From the NCBI GenBank assembly GCA_043228905.1, contig JBHGNT010000596.1, positions 1-19,654 on the forward strand: 19,654 nucleotides of DNA. The letters run 5' to 3'. The notes beneath the pieces are model-generated. The model searched no databases and was not told the DNA's origin. It saw only the letters and a program-made list of their open reading frames with translations. This DNA is from Azolla caroliniana. Lineage: Eukaryota > Plantae > Polypodiophyta. The translations under genes were made by a program, and so were the position numbers. This document shows, piece by piece, positions 1 to 13,441 of the stretch (position 1 is the stretch's first letter; every line of letters starts with the position of its first letter).

Positions 1-3000
1 ACCTGCCCAATCAACGTCCGAGTAGCCAACAAGCTCAATGCAGCCTATAAAAAAGAGACCATAGTTGTGTGTGTTGGCCAAATACCTAAGAACTTGAATA
101 ACTGCTTGCCAATGACTTTGTCTCGGAGCACTTGAGAATTGGCTGAGAATACTCACTCTATAGGACAAATCAGGCCTGGTATAACTTAAGTGAAGAAGAA
201 TACTCACTCTATCTTCAAATATGGGAGAATCATCTTCACGAGATAGCTTTGAGTTAGGATCCATTGGACAAAAGAGTGGCCTGCAATTTGACATGACATA
301 GGTGTCAAGGAGTTGCCTGAGATACTTATGTTGGCTGAGGAAGATACCGCCATGTGATTGATAGACCTCCATACCTATGAAGTAATGGAGAAGTCCTAGA
401 TCAGTCATTTCGAATGTGGTTTTGAGGTTAGCACAAAGCTCCTTGATTTTAGAAGCAAGAGACCCTGTAATTAGAAGGTCATCAACATATAACATGATCA
501 AGCATAGTAGATTTTCTTGGGAAAAGACATAGAGATTGCTGTCAGCATGACAATGCTTAAACCCAAGTGAGAGAAAGAAGGTATCAAATTTGTCATGCCA
601 AGCTTTGGGAGCTTGCTTTAAGCCATACAAGGCTTTGTGTAACCTGTAGACCATGTTGTTCTGCTCTGAAATCTCGAAGCCTGGAGGCTGTTCAACATAA
701 ACCTCCTCTTTCAAGTCACCATTAAGGAAGGCTGACTTGACATCCATTTGAAAGATGGGCCATTTGTTGTGAGCAGCAAGTGTGAGCGCATCAAATAGAG
801 GTGTACCTTGCTGTTGGAGCAAAAGTTTCCTCGTAATCCACTCCTTCGATTTGTGAGTAGCCTTTTGCAACTAAACGTGCCTTGTGCTTATCTGAAGTAC
901 CATTAGCATGGTACTTGGTCTTGAAAATCCATTTCAGTCCAATGACTTGTCGACGTTGAGGCTGTGGGACCAGCTCCAATGTATGATTGCGCTCAATGGA
1001 ATCAAGTTCAACTTCCATTGTTGCTTTCCACTTTGGAAGAACAAGGGCCTCATTTGCTGTTGTGGGTTCTTTTGATTGCACAACAATGCACAGTAAGGCA
1101 AAGTTGCATGAGTGAAGAGGCCGTTGCGACCTACGTGTTCTTTTCATGTTGGTCGGAGAACCATATGTATACTCATGAAGTTCAGCATTGGAGAGATGAG
1201 AATCACGAATGGTGGCTTGAACCCACTTGGGAAGTGGTGGAAGCTGGTGTGTAGAGGGAGGGGAAACGAGTGGAGTTGAGGGAGAGGTTTGAATTGTTGG
1301 CGAAGTTAGAGATTGAGTAGGAGGAGATGGGGGGCTTGAAGGTGAGACATCTTCATCTAAAATAGGAGATTCCAGAGGAGCTGGGATTTCAACCGTGAAC
1401 TCAGGTGAAATCCTAGAGTCATCCGGCTGAGACTCCACAAAATGAACATCCCTAGAGATGACTAGGGACTTTGATTCTAAATCCCATAACCTGTAGGCTT
1501 TTAGATTGTGTGCTGTAACCAAGAAATTTGCATTTCTTGGTTTTGGACTCAAATTTAGTACTTTTATGAATTGAAATGTGAACATAAGCATCGCAACCAA
1601 AGACTTCAAAATGATATATTGAGGGCTTTACACCTGTAAATGCTTTTGCAAGGGTCATTGTAGCAACTGCTTTTGTTGGGCAACAATTGATGATGTAGAC
1701 TGCTGTGTTGACAGCTTTACCCCAAAACGAGAGAGGAAGATCAGATTGAGATAGCATTGTATGAGCCATCTCTTGGACTGTCCGGTTCTTCCCCTCCACA
1801 ACACCATTTTTTTGAGGAGTATTGGGTGTAGAAAATTGACGAGAAATGCCTTGTTGAGAGCAAAAATGGTAGAAAGCTTGGGAGGTAAACTCTCCACCAT
1901 TGTCGGACTTGATCTTTCGATCTTCCTATGATGTCTCGTTCTCAACAAGAGCTACCCATTCTTGAAATTTGGTGAAGGCTTGAGATTTCTCTACAAGAAA
2001 GTAAACCCAAACCTTGCGGAAGTAGCATGCACCACCAAGAGTAGTGGTTTTCATGGAACCACAAAGATCCATGTGCACTAACTCCAAGATAGATTTTGCA
2101 TAGTGAGTGGCTTCATGAGGGAAAGGCTCTCGATGTTGCTTGCCATGAAGGAAAGCAACACATGGGGTATTGGGAGTTTTGAAAATAGGCAAACCCTCAA
2201 CTAGCTGTGAAGAGGAGAGCTTTTGTAGAGAATCGTAGTTGAGGTGACCGAACCTAGCATGCCACAACGTGGGATCTTCTTGTGCCACCAAGGCATGAGA
2301 GCCTTGAAGAAGACGAGATTTGGATTTTTCCAAGGGGCTATGGGAACTTTTCAGGCGATATAAACCCCCTTCTTTTGTGCCACTATCTACAATTTGTAGG
2401 CTGTTGGTCTCAATGACTTCCAAAACTGAGCTATCGAAGTAGACTCCATAACCTTGCTTAGTGATTCGGTAGACCAAAAGTAGGTTGGCAGAGATGCAAG
2501 GCACGTGTAGCACATCTTGAAGAACGACAGGTTTGTCATTTGACGAAGTGTTAAGAAACACATTACCCACACACGAAGCCTCAATGCTTGAGGCATCTCC
2601 TATGGAGATTTGGGAGGAGCTAGGCTTCACATCATGCAAAATGGATTTGTCATAAGTCATGTGTGCAGTGGCACCACTGTCTACTAACCATTCATCGATG
2701 ATTGAGGTAGTTGTTCCAGCCAAATGTGAAGAATGTTCCTCAATGCCAAGGAAAACTGTTTCTTTGGCTGAGTGGACCAAGTTTGATTTTGATGTAGGTT
2801 GACTTTCGGTAGAAGATTTCTTGGCATTGTCCCTTTTCTTTTTTCGGTAGTTGGGCTGAATGTGACCTTTGTAGCCACAATAATGACAAGTGAGCTCCTT
2901 GTAGGCTGGGTTGTTTGGTGGTCTTGGATTCGGTTTGTTGTAGGAGTTGCCATTTTGCTTCTACTTGCCTTTACTCTTCTCATGTAGAAGCGTCTCATTG

Positions 3001-3606
3001 GAAGTTTGAGCACTTTTCTTCCTTGTTTCCTTGTCTTGTAGCATGGCAAGAAATATATTCATATCAGGTGTGTTGGGATGAAGAGAAATTGTGTCACAAA
3101 AGGCTGAGAATGACTCAGGCAACTTTATCATTAGACGATGCATAAACTCAACTTTAGTTAACTTGCTTCCCAAAGAATCTAGTTCCTTTTGGAGAGTAAC
3201 AAATTGTGTTATTTGATCCATGACGTTGGGAGTGTCATGAATCTTGAGATTTGCTAGTTGGCTCTCAATAGCTATCATTTGAGCATGATTAGCTCGATGA
3301 TAGCTCTTTTTGATGGCTGCCCATAGTTCATTGGCTGTCTCTTCATCTGTATCTTGAAATTGACGAGCAATGCTCGGTTTAATGTTAAACATGAGGAAAG
3401 CATGAGCACGAGAATCCTTATCTAGCCAAGTGTCAATCTCAGCGTTAGATGAGCCAACAACTGATTTGGTTGAAGAGGATGAAGTTACCGGTGGTTTCTT
3501 GTCACTACCATTGACCACATTCCATAGACGATGGTGCTGTAGCAAGGTCTTTATTTGCAGTTTCCAATCCAAGTAATTGTGAAACAATGGTGGCATGTGA
3601 GGCCAT
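1..3606 (-). pseudogene. Copia gag-pol polyprotein pseudogene
   Basis: Motifs seen: gag NYLDWKLQIKTLL; Zn knuckle CHYCGYKGHIQPNY (last Cys replaced); protease WLVDSGATAHMT; pre-integrase LWHARFGH; integrase LVHMDLCG, SDNGGEF, TPQKNGVVE; [42 protein letters not shown] (478-489); RNase H start GYSDVDWAG at the left edge. Lesions: stops at 2961-2963, 1926-1928 and 791-793, frameshifts near 3580, 1915, 1500 and 790, and small deletions. Probable start ATG at 3606 (MASHATIVSQL). Confidence 0.95.
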
Positions 3607-3818
3607 GGATATCCTCCTCTTAAGCTACAACTGGACAATTTGCAGCGGCTGTAAGTAGATGCTCAGGGTCTTTCTACTCCTCCCTAGATGCTAGGCGAGG
3701 CTCAGATGAGGGGAAAAGAAAAAAGAACCTCTATAGGGTTGGGAGGGAGGGATAAAAGAAGATAGGTCTGTGTGCTCTTTGGCAAAAAAAATCAGGCTGA
3801 GGATATGGAGACCTCACT

Positions 3819-3830
3819 GCTCTGATACCA
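3819..3830 (-). other. Primer binding site (initiator tRNA-Met) of the copia element
   Basis: GCTCTGATACCA on + reads TGGTATCAGAGC on the minus strand, directly after the LTR-terminal CA at 3831-3832. Confidence 0.95.
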
Positions 3831-4020
3831 TGTGAGAAAAGCTGTTAATAGCAGCAGCGGAACAGTTGTTAGAACAAAATAGACACAGCCAAGCTGTGAG
3901 AAGGCTGTTAGACAGCAGTAGAAAAAAAAGTTGCAAAGAGTAGAGACACAACCAAAGAGTAGAGCTTGTTTTTAAGAAGCAACAAAGATAAAAGTCTTTA
4001 CAAAAGAGACTGGTATAGCC

Positions 4021-4028
4021 TATTTATA
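4021..4028 (-). promoter_or_regulatory. TATA box of the LTR promoter
   Basis: TATAAATA on the minus strand, ~190 nt from the LTR 3' end. Confidence 0.6.
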
Positions 4029-4214
4029 CAAAATTGGGGAAAGTGGGTGAAATGGTTGTTTGGTAGTTAAGTGACGCTTGTACTACCAAACAGGTACAAT
4101 AAACTAGGAATAAGAGGGAATATCTTGGAAAAAGTGGAAGAGAGAAAAGGCATTTAAAGCGGTGCAGATTCTAGAGAGAGAAGACATTTAAAGAGTTGCA
4201 GATTCTAGAAGAAA

Positions 4215-4522
4215 GAAAGAAAGAAAGATATATTAACGTCTTTTAAGAGGCCAAAATGGCCTATAAGACCAAATAAGAGATTACATCTTGAGTGTTGTCT
4301 CGTCTTTGAGAACAAATCAAAATAAAATAAATATTACATAGTAAATATAAAAGTAAATAAGATGATGAAAAGAAAGAAAGATATATTAACGTCTTTTAAG
4401 AGGCCAAAATGGCCTATTAGACCAAATAAGAGATTACATCTTGAGTGTTTTCTTGTCTTTGAGAACAAATCAAAATAAAATAAATATTACACAGTAATTA
4501 TAAAAGTAAATAAAATGAAAAG
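4215..4522 (-). mobile_element. Head-to-tail dimer (153-bp period) of a short LINE-3'-end retroposon nested in the LTR
   Basis: Two ~150-bp copies with about 6 differences. The reverse complement aligns with the LINE 3' end at 10350-10467 (shared GTAATCTCTTATTTGGTCTTATAGGCCATTTT). (TTTC)n tail; flanked by AGAAGAAA at 4207-4214 and 4523-4530. Confidence 0.8.
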
Positions 4523-5909
4523 AGAAGAAACGAGGGAATGTGGTTTTTGGCACATGTGAGATTCTCAAGTTAGGTATATTGTAGCTTTTGTCTCCGAAAG
4601 ATCTCTAGCATAGGTCGATCCAGAATGGAAATGTCTCCGAAACGAGGGAAGCACCTACGAGGGCGGGAGATAATGACTTTTATCTAGGAAGAATCTAGGA
4701 AGAGAGAGAATGTAGAACAGAGATAATAAAGATGAAAGAGAGTGCAGATCTGGAGCTGCCACCCTCCAACACTAACAAGGTTATTCCCCTAGAAGGAATA
4801 AGTAAGATGTCTTTCTTTGAAATCTTGAATATGAGAACAAAATTGGCCTATGAGACGAACCATGTTATGCATCAGTTATACAAGTCTGCATGTTTAGTGT
4901 GGATATAACACATGAAGTAATGTGGTATGAAGAGCCCCTGTGGTACTATCTTTGTATCAGAAAGGATGAGACCTGATGTATCATCAATGTGATGATTATG
5001 ATGAGTTTGAATCTTCCTGATGTCAAAGAAAGTGAAGGGTCAGAAACATAAAATGGGATCTGGCTGGCATTTCGTAACTGTGGACTGGCCAAATCAGAGT
5101 AACAGAATTTGTGAACCATCTCCATCAGTTGGGAATTATATGTTTCCAATGCATCATGATGTACATCCACAATCCACATGAGGAAGTATCTTCAAAACAA
5201 TTGAGCCTCAAAACTGCAGTTAGTAACTGTTCTTTGAATGTTTTTTTTAGAATGAAGTGGGCAACCTTTCAGGCCCTAGCAAGAGATGTCCACTTACGCC
5301 TGCGCACACCGCTTTTTAGATAGGTCACATTGGTGTATTGTCTTTGAGCCTTCTCCCATCAATTCCATTTAATGTATACAAATTAATGGTGCAATAGTAG
5401 TTCCTTGTGCCTCCCATAATTCCCACATAAATGTTTCGTTAGGACATTTTTGCCCCTAGAACTAAGCCAGAATGTAAGTTGATTGAACACTGCTAGTTCA
5501 TATTACCACTCTTAAGTCTTCTATTATATTCTGGGGCTTTCCAAGATATGCTGATTATTAGTGTCTTTTGCTCAGAGGTTGGTCATCTCAGCTTCACTTT
5601 CAATAATTGCTACTGATCAAGCATTCTAAGCAAACCCATCAAAATGATGTGTCCATAATACAATAGTTTCCTCTTTATTCCTAAGTATGTAGTTTTGGTT
5701 AGCGGTTTCTTCCCCTTTTCCGTTTTCTTCATACCCTATGATAAGCTCTGTAAAGTTGTGCTGTAAATATACCTTTTTTAGTTCATCAAGTTGCATTTAT
5801 GAGTTTAGCTGGAAATATTAATAAGATTTTATCTTTTTAGTTCATCAAGACCATTTGAATATAATTTATGAGTTAACTAGAAATATTACTAACATCTTAT
5901 CTTTTTCAG

Positions 5910-11468
<5,559 letters not shown>

Positions 11469-12826
11469 ACCATGTAATATTAGTGATCTCTCCTTGTAGT
11501 AATAGATTTTTAACTTACATTAAAATTACTAGCTTTATAAGGTCTATACTACTTATTAGTATATACCTTTGATTTTTGTTTTTCCTACCAAGAAGATAAA
11601 AACGAGACGTTCAAAAATGTTAAATACTCGGGAAGGATAAAGTCAGGGACAATTTAATGGGCAAACTGATTGTTGTCTCCCCCACTTCCTCGATCTTGTT
11701 CAAATGTGCATGTATTCGAGAGACCCTTCATGATCCTGACATTATTACGGTTTTCAAATTTGATTGGAACAAGGTGTGGTGTACACAGTAAATATTTGAC
11801 CTTGTTATTTAATTCAGAAGTTGTTTCCTAGTTTAAAGTGAGATATGCACAATTAGTTATTTCTAGAAAAAATGAGGATTGCCAATTCTTTCCTAGAAAA
11901 TGGCTTCAATTGCATCTCGGCAACGACGAGCTCTCTAACAACATTTTCATGTTTATTTGTATAATCTGATAAAATATCAAACCAACAATTACATGTCCTT
12001 TGCAAAAAGTACCCGTCTCCGTGTCCTTCAATTTTATTCAAAACATAGTTCTGCAAGTATTTAGTCTGAAGTTTCCGAACATAAATACTCTTTGCAAAAT
12101 TTGATGCAGGAATATCATAGTACTCAGAGAAAATAATTATCATACTGTAAATTGGATGATTGTTGTAAACGATGTGTTCCATATTGATTCTGTGATTGTT
12201 TAAAGATTTCAAGATGATACAGAACACCGTAGCTATTGTAAGTTTTTGGAAAACTGAAGTTTTGACAACAAATACAGTCGTGATGATTTGAGCGGTTCTT
12301 CGCCAGAGCCTCAGCTATAGATTTCATCAAAGGAATCTGGCAAGACAAATTCAATCATGATAAATTCTAGCACTCATTTTAAACTGCGAGCTAGTATTCA
12401 TTCTTTTGGGGGGAGTGGGGCTTGTTGGTTTTGCAGTGTTGGAGAATGTTCTTAAAATTTTGGTCAGTATGAATATGCTATATTTGAGAAGCGAGAAATA
12501 ATGTTTCCAAATATAGACCTAAGACTATCAAATTTCATGCCAAAATTGGAGTCCTAATAAGCTTTTTGGTCTTGTTTTGGATACCATTGATTTGCATTTT
12601 CTTGTACAAAATGCTTCTCACAAAATGATTTCCATAGAAGAAACCGATTCTTCTAGAGAACAGAAGGAAAAACCTTCCCCTAACCCTAATCCGATTCAAC
12701 TCTATGTCGTTGCTTATACCCTTAAAAAGCATGAAACTCTTCATGCCAAGTTGCCCTGAAAGCTTTATTTTGAGTTGAAATAACTTATTTCTCTCAAGTG
12801 ATAAATACAGCTCACAGTTACTAGCC

Positions 12827-13441
12827 ATGGATCCTCCATCATCATATCAGCACAATCTCTCTCTTATTGAGAGTGCATCAAAGTCTGGAGAGGATTTCTG
12901 GCTACGTAGACAAGAGTCAAAAGAAGAAACAGAGGAAGAGATAGAGAAGAAATATGCAGCATATTTAAGGAAAGATGCATATGGAGCTATGGGGAGAGGA
13001 GAGATTTGTATGAAAGAGAAAATCCTTCTCGGGCTTGCTCTATTCACCATCGTTCCTCTCAAAGTGGTTCTACTCTTTGCAACTGTTATACCATATTACC
13101 TTTTATGCATTCTGTTAACACTATTCCATAGCCATAAATCTACATCAAGGCATGGTGTCACTACTAAGTACAGGTGGTGTTGTCACCATAATGGTGTCTT
13201 TGGTCATAGAGATGGTGGTGGAATGACCCATAATATATCTTTTGAGAAAGAAAATAAGGAAAACATTCTACAGAATTATACTGATGATGCTGATGCAAAT
13301 GGAACGTATGTGAATTTGCATGGATTTTGTCGGTGGCTGGTTGTAACTATGGGGCGTTATGTGTCACGAGTAGTGCTTTTCATTTTAGGGTTTTATCGGA
13401 TCAAAGTTATATTCCGTGGTGGCGTTTCTAGAACATCTGAG
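12827..13441 (+). CDS. LPEAT1: LPEAT1-like exon 1
   Basis: 205 codons; EEIEKKYAAYLRKDAYGAMG, TM segment, GRYVSRVVLFILGFY; GAG|gtattt donor. Confidence 0.9.

Larger units (their letters stand above)
1..4771 (-). mobile_element. Ty1/copia LTR retrotransposon, degenerate; 3' part (RNase H, PPT, 3' LTR) lies outside the window to the left
   Basis: Minus-strand order is LTR, PBS, gag, protease, integrase, RT, RNase H. Integrase before RT is the copia arrangement. The right boundary is inferred (TGTTGG at 4771 or TGTTAG at 4777). Confidence 0.95.
3831..4771 (-). repeat. 5' LTR of the copia element (~625 bp after removing a 316-bp nested insertion)
   Basis: Ends in CA next to the PBS and has a TATA box at 4021-4028. 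Related sub-repeats (TGCAGAT(T)CT) occur on both sides of the nested insertion. Candidate TG start at 4771 or 4777. The partner LTR is not in the window, so the outer boundary is uncertain. Confidence 0.7.

Noticed and set aside
2961-2963. Programmed gag-pol stop-codon readthrough
   Set aside because: The TAG lies before the zinc knuckle, within gag, and the element has many other lesions, so decay is the simpler explanation.
964-3145. Plus-strand and alternative-frame ORFs (964-1254, 2387-2596, 2684-3049, 2799-2987, 2915-3145)
   Set aside because: Shadow ORFs of the copia polyprotein with no independent features.
5251-5323. Possible extra mannosidase exon (TTTTTAG...AG/GT)
   Set aside because: The translation does not resemble the expected upstream GH47 segment.
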